Shown here: positions 11,367 through 21,083 of the stretch, piece after piece
How the letters are laid out: each line of letters opens with the position of its first letter
Numbering within the stretch: the first letter of the stretch is position 1
NCBI GenBank assembly: GCA_965153355.1
Contig: OZ231126.1
Coordinates: 40,610,001 to 40,674,000, forward strand
From: Flaccisagitta enflata
Lineage: Eukaryota
Length of the DNA: 64,000 nucleotides
Direction of reading: 5' to 3'
Notes under the pieces: generated by a model
Database searches by the model: none
Told to the model about the DNA's origin: nothing
Seen by the model: the letters and a program-made list of their open reading frames with translations, nothing else
Position numbers and translations under genes: made by a program

Positions 11367-14114
11367 TTATTCAAATATATTTTTCAAAAAATCATCTGTA
11401 TTAGGAATATTATATTTTATTAGAATATCATGTTTTTCCCTAAAAAATCTTGAAGTTAGTCGTTTTAAATCATGTTCTTTGTAGCCTTGGGTCTTTAGTT
11501 TATCAACCAAAGATCTGCTTCTTTGTAAAAAATCTTCATATTTAGATGACAATTTAGCATATCTTATCAATTGACTTAAATAAACACCCAAGGCTGATTT
11601 TTTTGGTATACAGCTGTCTATGTAGGGAAAATTGACAATATCAAAAGAGAAATCATCACGTTTATCATAGACAGAAAAATTTAGAGTAGAATTTTCTGAT
11701 TTAATTTTTAAGTCTAAGTATGTTACTTCCTGGGTATTATTAGATTCTAATTTAATTTCTAGGTCTTGAGGGTATATTTCATAGATATGATCCCTAAAGG
11801 TTGGAAAATTAGCTACAAAAAGATCATCAATATATCTTCCATTAAGCTTAAATTTCCTTGCTGTCGGAAGATCTACCTTAGAAATTTCACCCACATAGTC
11901 TGATTCATAACTATATAAAAGTAAATTAGCAATATCCTGTCCAGAATCAAGACCAATAGGAATACCTACCACTTGCTTATAGACATTTGCACCAAATTTT
12001 ACATAAATATTATCCAATATAAATTCTAAAATTTCCTGCATGTCTGCCGATCTGAATGAAAATTTATTTTTAGCCTTTGTAGGACTAAAATAAGCCTCAT
12101 TCATATTGACACTTATGTATGGCCTTGCCTCCCTATTAAAAACTTTCTGAAAAATAGCTGAAAATTTACGTTTTATTTCTCCATGAGGCAAGGCCGTATA
12201 TAGAGTGGAAAAATCATATGTTTCCATATGGTTTATCCTTTCAGATTTTATTTTCTCCAAAAATTCTAAAGAGTTATCCAAAATCCAAAAACAATTCAAA
12301 CTTGTCCTCTCAAAAACTGTTCTATTATATAGCTTCATATGTTGTAAAATTAATTTCAAAGCCTTAGAAAAGTATTTTGAGAGCATCTTGATTGAACAAA
12401 ATTTGGATCCTGCAATAAATCTACTGCCTATTGGATTCTTATGCATTTTGGGTATCCAATATATCAGAGGCAGGTCTCCCATATTCTCTGGAACTTTAAT
12501 ACCCTTGCATTTTGAAAAATTAATTATATCTTTATTAATATCATTTTGTCCCTTATTTGACAATTGATAGGTTAATTGACCTGGTCGTGTCAATTCTTCC
12601 TTTAAGTTTTTTATATAAAAATATTTACAAGTGAATAAAATGTTATTTTGAGCTTTATCTGCCACAGTAATGACAAAATCCTGTTTCAATCTTGCCAATT
12701 CTGTGGCTAGACTACCATCTAATCTTTTCGACCAGGTCCTTTTAAATAAAGTTTTACCTCGACTTATTTTGTTGTCTACTACTCTTAGTATCTCATTTTT
12801 CCATAAATCTAAATCTTCTTTTTTTACCAATATGTTACCTTGTTTCCTTTCTTTAGCCGTCCAATTTTCAATATAAGACTCAAGAAAATTTATTATGTGA
12901 TTTTTATCTTCTGACCAATTTATTCTTTGGGGTAATCTATATTTGGGTCCTCCTTTAAATATATTTCGTAGCATTGTATTTTCAATTATTTCTAAGTTTC
13001 CAGTTATAACATGACCATGGTGGTCATCCTTATAAATGGAATTTTGGCAATCACAATGAATGTCACCATTTTCAAATTTTCCAATTGACTCCTCTGACAA
13101 GCTCTCCTTATAATTAAAAATATTACCTGCAATACTTCTGTTAAACCTATATCCAATTATAGGAGGCTCCTTATCAGTAAAATAAATTGGAATCTTATCT
13201 GTGACACTTTTATTTCTAAGTATTTGGCTTATATTGATATGATCCAGTCCTTTGTCTCTAAATTGAATATGATAAAAATCTCTATCCTTCTTTATATTAG
13301 TTTGGACTGGTTTAAATAATTTCTGGTGGGAAATCATATTTATCATATCTCTTAATCTATCATCTATCATATTATCCTGTCTTGCATTATTTTGTAATGT
13401 TTGTAACTGTTGTCTAGGTAGACCATATAAAAAGGTTTTAAAGAAATGAATATAATTATCTTTATCTCTAAGCTCAGTATGTTTTCTTTTTAAAAAATCC
13501 ATAGATATATCATTGTTATTTCTTAACCTTTTTGGTTTTCTTCTAGAATGTTTTTTATTTTTTCTCCTTTTTCGTCCTTCAAAATTTTGGTACAATCCCT
13601 GGGAAACATTAAAGTCACCGACCCCTTTGACAGAAATATTTAATCCAAAGGGATAAGCTGTCTGCAATTTTGAAATCCAAATTTTCTCACGTTCTAGCCT
13701 GTATTTAGTTATTGCCTTATCCTTCTGGATTTCATTTAAGCCTCGCAAATTAACATTATTCTTATCTATTTTTTCTATGGGAATTACTCTAAGATTGGAA
13801 ATGCCATGGCCACTTTCTTCAAAATGTTTATGAACAACTTGGCCTGACTTTTTACCATTTATGTTAGTCTTATGATTACTAAATCTTCTTATTAACTTTT
13901 GTTTAGTTTCACCTATATATTGAATATTGCAAACCTGACAATAAATCATGTAAATAACATTTTCTGATTTACAAGTTAGAAAATCCTGATCTGCTGTTAA
14001 AGGTTTATGTCTTTGTCCTGTAGAATTTGAATGAAAACAATTTTTTTCTTCTAAATATGGACACGTACCACAGGATCGCCCATTGCATTTTTTTATTAAA
14101 GTTTCGTTCGCCAT
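11367..14114 (-). CDS. PLE polyprotein: N-terminal GIY-YIG endonuclease, basic patch, CxC linker, C-terminal reverse transcriptase (915 aa from the native ATG)
   Basis: Endonuclease: MANETLIKKC..CGTC; NVIYMIYCQVCNIQYIGET; HF..SGH; REKIWISKLQTAYPFGLN. Basic patch RKRRKNKKHSRRKPKR. Linker HCDCQ..HHGHVITG. RT motifs IPKMHK, YDFSTLYT, GIPIG, RYIDD, YLDL. No internal stops. Confidence 0.93.
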   Translation of the reverse strand: MANETLIKKCNGRSCGTCPYLEEKNCFHSNSTGQRHKPLTADQDFLTCKSENVIYMIYCQVCNIQYIGETKQKLIRRFSNHKTNINGKKSGQVVHKHFEESGHGISNLRVIPIEKIDKNNVNLRGLNEIQKDKAITKYRLEREKIWISKLQTAYPFGLNISVKGVGDFNVSQGLYQNFEGRKRRKNKKHSRRKPKRLRNNNDISMDFLKRKHTELRDKDNYIHFFKTFLYGLPRQQLQTLQNNARQDNMIDDRLRDMINMISHQKLFKPVQTNIKKDRDFYHIQFRDKGLDHINISQILRNKSVTDKIPIYFTDKEPPIIGYRFNRSIAGNIFNYKESLSEESIGKFENGDIHCDCQNSIYKDDHHGHVITGNLEIIENTMLRNIFKGGPKYRLPQRINWSEDKNHIINFLESYIENWTAKERKQGNILVKKEDLDLWKNEILRVVDNKISRGKTLFKRTWSKRLDGSLATELARLKQDFVITVADKAQNNILFTCKYFYIKNLKEELTRPGQLTYQLSNKGQNDINKDIINFSKCKGIKVPENMGDLPLIYWIPKMHKNPIGSRFIAGSKFCSIKMLSKYFSKALKLILQHMKLYNRTVFERTSLNCFWILDNSLEFLEKIKSERINHMETYDFSTLYTALPHGEIKRKFSAIFQKVFNREARPYISVNMNEAYFSPTKAKNKFSFRSADMQEILEFILDNIYVKFGANVYKQVVGIPIGLDSGQDIANLLLYSYESDYVGEISKVDLPTARKFKLNGRYIDDLFVANFPTFRDHIYEIYPQDLEIKLESNNTQEVTYLDLKIKSENSTLNFSVYDKRDDFSFDIVNFPYIDSCIPKKSALGVYLSQLIRYAKLSSKYEDFLQRSRSLVDKLKTQGYKEHDLKRLTSRFFREKHDILIKYNIPNTDDFLKNIFE

Positions 14115-14330
14115 AATTGTCTCTCTCTGTTGTAATTTACTTGCCCAACTCGGTCTCTGATCTGCTGTTAAAGGTTTATGTCTTTGTCCTGTAGAATTTG
14201 AATGAAAACAATTTTTTTCTTCTAAATATGGACACGTACCACAGGATCGCCCATTGCATTTTTTTATTAAAGTTTCGTTCGCCATAATTGTCTCTCTCTG
14301 TTGTAATTTACTTGCCCAACTCGGTCTCTG
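13986..14330. repeat. Exact 171-bp tandem duplication spanning the PLE 5' junction
   Basis: CTG recurs at 13986, 14157 and 14328. The repeated unit includes the PLE start codon region and adjacent transposase sequence (TGTAATTTACTTGCCCAACTCGGTCTCTG). Confidence 0.95.
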
Positions 14331-14791
14331 CAGCGCCGGCTCGAACCACCCATGCCCAGTCTGCATCTCGCATAAAAAGAATTTTGGCCCTGCCGCTACT
14401 AACGAGAATCTCGCCAATGACTGCAACAGCAAACTTCTACGAACTAGAGCAAACATCATGAATGAGTGTATTACGAGCAAGCCACAATTCAACGTGAAGA
14501 CATTTCCATTAACGCCACTTCCGCTTCACCCCTCGGCACCAATTCTCGACGTTATGATTATCTGCATGCTTCATGCGCGCATGAGAATTGCAGGTATGCT
14601 GCATATGAAGTTCCTTGAAATATGAGCTGCAATACTGTTGTTGTCCCTGTTGTTGCTTTGTTGTTATCATAGTTGTAAATGCCAATGTTTTTGGTGATAA
14701 CTTTCTTGTCGTTACTATCGCTGTTTGTTGTAACTATCACTGTTATTGATAATGTTGGTGTTGTCGTTATTGTTGTTGTTGCCGTTGTTGC

Positions 14792-14825
<34 letters not shown>

Positions 14826-14999
14826 GCTGTTGTTGTTGTTGTTGTTGTTGTAATTGTTGGTGTTGTTGTTGTATTTGTTTTTTTTTATTGTTATTGTTGT
14901 TGTTGATGTTGTTTTTATTTTTGTGGTTGTTGTTGTTTTTGTTATCATTGTTGTGGTTGATGTTACGGATGTAATTGCTGTGGTTGTTGTTGTTGTTGT

Positions 15000-15031
<32 letters not shown>

Positions 15032-15130
15032 ATGTTTGTGAATGGGATTTAGCTTATGTATGTTTCAAGCCGACGGTAAAATTGACAAAGCTTGTTCCAG
15101 TCATGAATTGGCGCGAGTAAAAAATGATTA

Positions 15131-15226
<96 letters not shown>

Positions 15227-15882
15227 CTCTCAATTTCTTTCTGAGCAATACTGCCCTTGCTCTTACTGTCCCCGCTTACCCAGAGTACTGCCTTAGCCTC
15301 TGCCAATTTGCAAAACCGCCCCTGTCCATCCGCAAGTAATTTGACCCTATTTTTCCTCGATCTTTTAAATTCTTGGCAGGATTACTCATCCGGGGAACGA
15401 TGCTGGCTTCAGAAAATTTTACCGGTGACCCGATGACTAAGGCGTTGGAAACACTGTTTAAAGGTATGGAAACTGTTTGCAGCCGCTTGCTTAGCGACTG
15501 TGACAGGTAGGTAGATATGTAGGTAAGTAGGTAGGAAGGTAGGTATGTCTGAGGGTTGGGAACGCAAAATTTTGGATGACGAGAAATCGACTGATAGTGA
15601 TTTTCAAGCATAGCGCAGCAATAGTGTTGCCCCCACCATGCCCCACACTGACCCTGCTCACCTGTATCACTGCTTCTGCCCACACGCCAGTGTCTACTTA
15701 TTGGCCGGTCTTGTTTTAGATTCCCTCATTTTGACAATGAAAATTAATGATGTGCCGTTTGGAAATTATTTAACGAATAAAACAAATAAAAGAAAATGAG
15801 AAAAAGAGATAGGAAGGAAGAAAAAAGAAAATATAGAACAGGAAAAAGAAAAAGAAAAAAGGAAAAAAAGGAAGAAAGAAAG

Positions 15883-16012
15883 AAACAAGGCCAAGTAGGC
15901 CAATAAGGTGCGACGTGTTGATCGTCGAACGAATGTGTTACAGACAGACAGACCAACATACCGACCAACGGACAGAGCCAGTTATAGAGGTGCTTTGTCG
16001 CACCTAAAAAAA
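15883..16012 (-). mobile_element. HINE-like element, related subfamily (also at about 53870-53982)
   Basis: AGGTGCGACAAAGCACCT 5' palindrome, GTCGCACCT subterminal repeat and a GGCCTACTTGGCC 3' hairpin. Confidence 0.75.
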
Positions 16013-16358
16013 AAGAAAAACAAACAATTGAACGAAAGAACAAACAAATGAACAAACGAACAAATGATGGAATGTGTGAAGTGTGAAAAAATACAGAAAA
16101 TAGAGCGGAGGAAAGAAAGAAAGACAGAAAGAAAGAAATAAGCCGGACCAACAATCCATACATGTTGAATGTGTGTTCCGGCGAAATTCATAAAAATCAG
16201 GCTTTGTGCAAAGATAAGCATGATAGGCTGAACGGGTGAAACAATTAGAATTGGTGGATTGTAAATGCAGCTTAAAATCATCAATTAAGTCAATTAACCA
16301 AGCTTTGCTTCATTGATCTCATCATCAAAACACACACATACACATGCACACGCACATG

Positions 16359-16456
<98 letters not shown>

Positions 16457-16838
16457 TCAAGGGATCCGTATTCGATTTTTTCGTAGTGCGCGACAGAAGG
16501 GGAAGACGTAACATTCAGCACTAAAGGGTGGCGCTTCTGGCGAGGCATTACGGAAAATGGGGGCTGCAATCAGAAATTCCTCAGGAGTTTTCGCAGATGT
16601 GGCAAAATATCTGCTGGCGGATATTTGGGATAAGACTTACCAGTATGTAAATCATTCATCGACTGAAAGTTTGACAGACCCTTATACATACATGACTCGG
16701 TATTTACCAGTAATGGCGGCTGTCGCCGTGAGGAAAAAAGTTGTAAGCATTGGTCACTTTTCACCAAAATTCTAATTTCAGTCCTTGCATTTTTTTTTTA
16801 TTTGTTAGATCAAATCAAGAGCAATTGTATGTATTGTA

Positions 16839-17329
16839 CAGGGTGTTTCGCATCAAATGATATGTAAGAAAACGAAGTTGTTCTACCTCTAAGAATAAGA
16901 CAATAATTCTGAAAATAGATTCATTGAGCTCTTAAGCTCCGAATTTCATGTAAAAATTTTATTGGTTTAAGTTGAATAGTTTGGCCACAATTTAGATTTG
17001 AAGTAAAATGAATATTTACAGTCAATCTGTTTTTCATCCTGGAAAATGTTCTTTAAATCATTAAGCTCAAACTGTTTGGATATAAAAATGATATGAAGAA
17101 AAACTTCCAGGATTAAAAAAATATTGACTGAAAATAATATTTTCAGTGAAAATATTCATTTTACTTCAAATCTAGATTTTGGCCAAACTACTCAACTAAG
17201 ACCAATGAAATTTTTACATTAAACATCAGAGTTTAAGAGTTTAATGAATCTTTTTACAGAATTATTTCCTCATTTTCAGAAGCAGAATGACATTGTTTTT
17301 TTATATATCATTTGATGTGAAACACCCTG
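16839..17329. mobile_element. Tc1/mariner-type MITE in transposase intron 4
   Basis: TA|CAGGGTGTTTCGCATCAAATGATAT ... ATATCATTTGATGTGAAACACCCTG|TA. It is a near full-length imperfect palindrome with a TA TSD. Confidence 0.9.
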
Positions 17330-17389
17330 TATGTATGTATGTATGTATGTATGTATGTATGTATGTATATATGAATGTATTGTATGAAT

Positions 17390-17800
17390 GAAAAATAGAA
17401 CTGAGCTGAGCCAAATGAGCTAGATGAGCTGAAATACTAAAAATCTCTCAACCAGATATCTAGCTATGCCCACTGAAATGCTTTCTTGTATTTTTGTGCT
17501 CAATTAAACATTTATTCATCCTATTTGAAATCAGAAAAAAAAACTAAGCTAAATGAGCTAAATAAGCTAGAATATTCTAAAACACCCTCACAGATGAGCA
17601 GCTCTGTTCACTGACATGCCTTTATATATCTGCTTGCTTAATCGTGTATCAAAATATTTATTTATTTATTGCATTAAAATCAGAAAAAAAACTGAACTAA
17701 ATGAGCTAAATGAGCTAAAATGCTTAAAAACACCCTCACAGATGAGCAGCTATGCTACTAAATATGTCTTCTTGTATTTGCATGCTCAAACAAATAAAAA
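17390..17800 (+). repeat. About three degenerate tandem units of roughly 150 bp
   Basis: Recurrent AAAAAACTRAGCTAAATGAGCTAAAT...AAAACACCCTCACAGATGAGCAGCT blocks. Confidence 0.7.
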
Positions 17801-19726
17801 TACACTCTTTTATTGATCCTACATAAATTCATAAAAAAATATCAAAAAATTCAATTTAAATTTTTTGTAAAGAAATCTTAAAAAATTCATAATGCGAAAA
17901 ATATTTGTTCTAGAGCATTCTGCTTGGTGCCAAATAAAAGAGAATTATCTAATTTACTTACCCTATCAATTTCGTTGGAGGGACCAATCGCCCTAAGAAG
18001 ACACTCAACTTTCTCATAAGCAAATGAAAACCATTTTTCTTTCAAATATGTCAAAAAGTCGAAGACTGACTTCGACTTTTTTCCTGATCAGGAAATAAGT
18101 TTGCTAAGTTTTTGAGTTTTTTGACATATTTTTTTTTCCATTGAGGCATTTCAACCTCAGCCTGTTTGTTGGTCCATCTTACCCTCCACCAGTAAGTGCA
18201 TCTGTTAGTAATGTTCAAGTTGTAGATTGTGATTGTCCGTGACGATATTATGACCCTGCGTTACTTGCTCTTGTTGAATTTCCTAAATATGAATGTCAAA
18301 AAAACAAAAAATTGTTTTGTTTTAGGCAGATATAAACTTATTTCTACCCCTTTCCATACAAGAGACTAATTCTAACATTTTTGACACTTGTCAGCTTGCT
18401 CGAATTCGTGGGGAAAGGGACCAAAGATGACGCGCAAGAAATATCTTCCACAGCGGCAGCTTGGGCTAAACAATTTCTTGACCTCGGCCACAAGGGTCTT
18501 TCTGGATTTACTTCAGACAAACTTACGCCTTACTTCCACTTAATTGCCACCCATTCTGGTCCGTTGGTGGCCCAGCTTGGAGGCCTCGATCGCTTTTTGG
18601 GAGAGAAACTGGAACATTTAAATGATGATTTCAAAAAGGCATTCTTCCGACAGACAAACTGTAGAAAACCGGACGACGCCATTGTCAAACATAAACGTCG
18701 GGAGTTTGCAGTCCGTGCCGAGAGTTTGCGAAAGAAGGTTGAGCAAAGAAAGAAACCAAAGAAAGATTCTTGTCAAGTCCCCTACAGACTCTGTAGGGCC
18801 TACAGAGGTTTTGGCGCGGCTTTGATGGCGGCGGAGCAGCGCGCGGCGCAAACTGCTGCAACCGAAGCGGCAACAGTCAGGTTTCAGGACCCAAGATCAA
18901 CGATGATGTCGAATAAGTTGCGCGCTCAATATGAAGAGATCACCGGTGAAAGTAAGTGACCATAAAGCTGAACAATCGAAATTCAGAATGGAGTAGAGTG
19001 AGAACCATCTTTTACGGATTCCTATGAGTATCTTTTCTTACAAAACAAATTCCTAAATCTTTCAAGGAACTCGACTGAGGAACCCCGAAAGACTGCGAAA
19101 CAATCTTCAATACAGAGATCACCTTCAGGAAGCTGAAGAAAAAGAAAATTTGTTCCAGACAGAAACGACCGAACTTCTACTCGAGGCGTTGGCGGCCTTT
19201 GCATGTTATGAAGAGGAGGAGGAAGAAGAGGTGGAAGAAGTAGAAGAAGAGTTTGTTTTTGAAGATGAACTGGTCTTAGCCGACGAATTTGATCGAAATG
19301 AATGAATTATGCTCTTCTCTTTTATTCGTTCTATGTTTGATTTACTAGTCTATATGTTCCTAGATAGTCCATTTACCACTGTCAAAGAAAATGATCACAC
19401 TTTTTTCATCTAATGTTTTCTTCGGCAAAAGTAACTTCTCCATGCTTATTTGCATAAAGTTGTCGGAATAATTGTGTCTGTCGGGAACAGACTTATGACA
19501 AAAGCAAAGCCAAAAATTACAAAAATTGAAGCATCTTTAGCTAGTTGAGATGCACATAAACAGGAACTAGCTTAAAGGTTGACAGGAATGATATCATGGC
19601 TCTTTGAGTTTAATGAAGTTAACAATCCCTTTTTGTTCACTCTTGTATACTGTTCAAGTGGCCGAAACACGGTAAATGCACATTTGAGGGTAAAGAAAAA
19701 TTAGTTTGTTTTCCTTGGCCAAGAGA

Positions 19727-20363
19727 TTTGCCGATGGCGAATCGGACGCCGAAATGCCCCTTGTGACGATGTTGCTACAGAGTTCCTTATAAGCGGCGCT
19801 GCAGCAGGCGTTTCGGCGATGAAAGCAGGGGTCGCCGAGCCTGTTCCCGCGCCAACTTCCGTTGTCAGAGATGATGCGGCAGCAGCAGCAGAATGTGCCG
19901 CAAATGTTGAAGATGAGGAGTCGAGATGAGATGTCGTTTTGGCGCAGTTTCGCTCCAGATTTGTAATCTGCGCCTTCATTCCGACGATCATATAAAGCAA
20001 CTGATTCATCGTAACGTTTCCGTCGTTGTTTTGCGGAATTCGCGAATAGTCTGCCGAGACGAAGACGGGCACAGAGATGCCATCATTGTCGCACTTATTC
20101 ATGGCGTTAATGAGATCCTCGAGATTCATTGTTGACGGATTTTTGCCGTTTTTTCCGCGATGATCCATAAAGCGTAGTCCATCACGTTCACCCGTGATTT
20201 CAAAAAACGCTTTTTTTGCGTCGAGGATGTCGTCACCCGTGTAAAATGCATCACAAACGGCGACAACGTCGTTCAGAGGCGAGATTTTTCTCTTAAAATT
20301 GACGAAGTAAAGCAAATCGTTGAAGTTGAGAAAGTCAGCCGAACAAGTACTGTGCTCTATCAT
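19727..20363 (-). pseudogene. LINE ORF1 N-terminal domain (inverted segment)
   Basis: NDLLYFV..VCDAFYTGDDILDAKK..HRGK..NLEDLI..VPVFVSADYSRIP is a pattern common in invertebrate LINE ORF1 N-termini. It is followed by a coiled coil and an Ala/Ser-rich linker. Confidence 0.75.
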
Positions 20364-20559
20364 TTTGTGAAAAAAGCTGGGTTGAAGCAGGGCAGCTACC
20401 TGGACGGGAAGAATATCTCCGTGGGACTCTCGAGGAATCGTTTTGTCATCTCCATCCTGCTATAGGTTTGGAACTGTTAACCAAACGACTTCCAATGTTT
20501 AATGACTTCGTTGAAAAGGAAGACATAATTTGGGGCGGAAATCTGTTCATCTGTTGAAA

Positions 20560-21083
20560 GGCTGTTTGCCGCAGCTGCGGCGACTCCGGCGCCGGAAGTT
20601 GTAGCATCGGCGGGAATTACGCGTGAAGCTCTTTCTGATGCGCTTGAAAGTGCAATTCCTTTTGCTAAAAAAGCGGCAAATGGAAGGTTCAAAGGACAAG
20701 CCGGAAGATCCGCGGAAAATCGGATAAAATCGAATCATGATCGCAAACGAAATGTGATTATAGGAAAGAAGCCTAGTAGTGGCGTGATGTCGTTCGTCGG
20801 TGTGCCACTCACTGTTGACTGTTACGTCGGACGCGTCGGTTTGCAGGCGACTTCGGAACAAGTCGTCAATGAGATCACTTCAAACGGCGTTGAAGTGGTT
20901 TCTATTGAAGAAAATGCAACACGTCATCAGCTGTTCAAATCGTTTAAGATCGTTATTAAGAAAGCTGATTTTGAAACGCTCAATCAGCCTGGCGTCTGGC
21001 CTGAAGGAATTATCTTCCGGCGCTTCCAACGACCTCGTACTCCACATACAGGTCAAGATGATCACCTCAACACTGACTCATAA
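20560..21083 (+). pseudogene. LINE ORF1 C-terminal RRM-like part
   Basis: YVGRV..FKSFKIVI..WPEGIIFRRF. The stop TAA overlaps the ORF2 ATG (TAATG, 21081-21085). Confidence 0.8.

Larger units (their letters stand above)
10184..14304 (-). mobile_element. Penelope-like retroelement with permuted domains (Naiad type)
   Basis: It interrupts the transposase between GGDL-C and NLLAQLGLC, with TTGT at both junctions (10180-10183 and 14301-14304). It is more AT-rich than the flanking exon and carries one long ORF plus a 3' region of about 1.18 kb. Confidence 0.93.
7503..19305 (+). pseudogene. Spliced RAG1/Transib/Chapaev-like DDE transposase gene (6 exons, about 1178 codons), disrupted by a PLE insertion and one nonsense codon
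   Basis: Exons: 7503-8126, 8627-10183 joined to 14305-14593 (after removing the PLE), 15380-15463, 16456-16642, 18395-18951, 19067-19305. All five introns are GT-AG with matching phases, and the total of 3537 nt is divisible by 3. Motifs: VKIGVD (D1), GGDL (D2), CPVC, CMLHARMRI, TPYFHLIATH, GEKLEHLN (E). In-frame TAA at 16509-16511. Confidence 0.88.

Noticed and set aside
14115-14492. The 1041-aa ORF read as the full native PLE protein
   Set aside because: Its first about 126 codons are antisense transposase sequence plus the 171-bp duplicate. The native start is the ATG at 14114.
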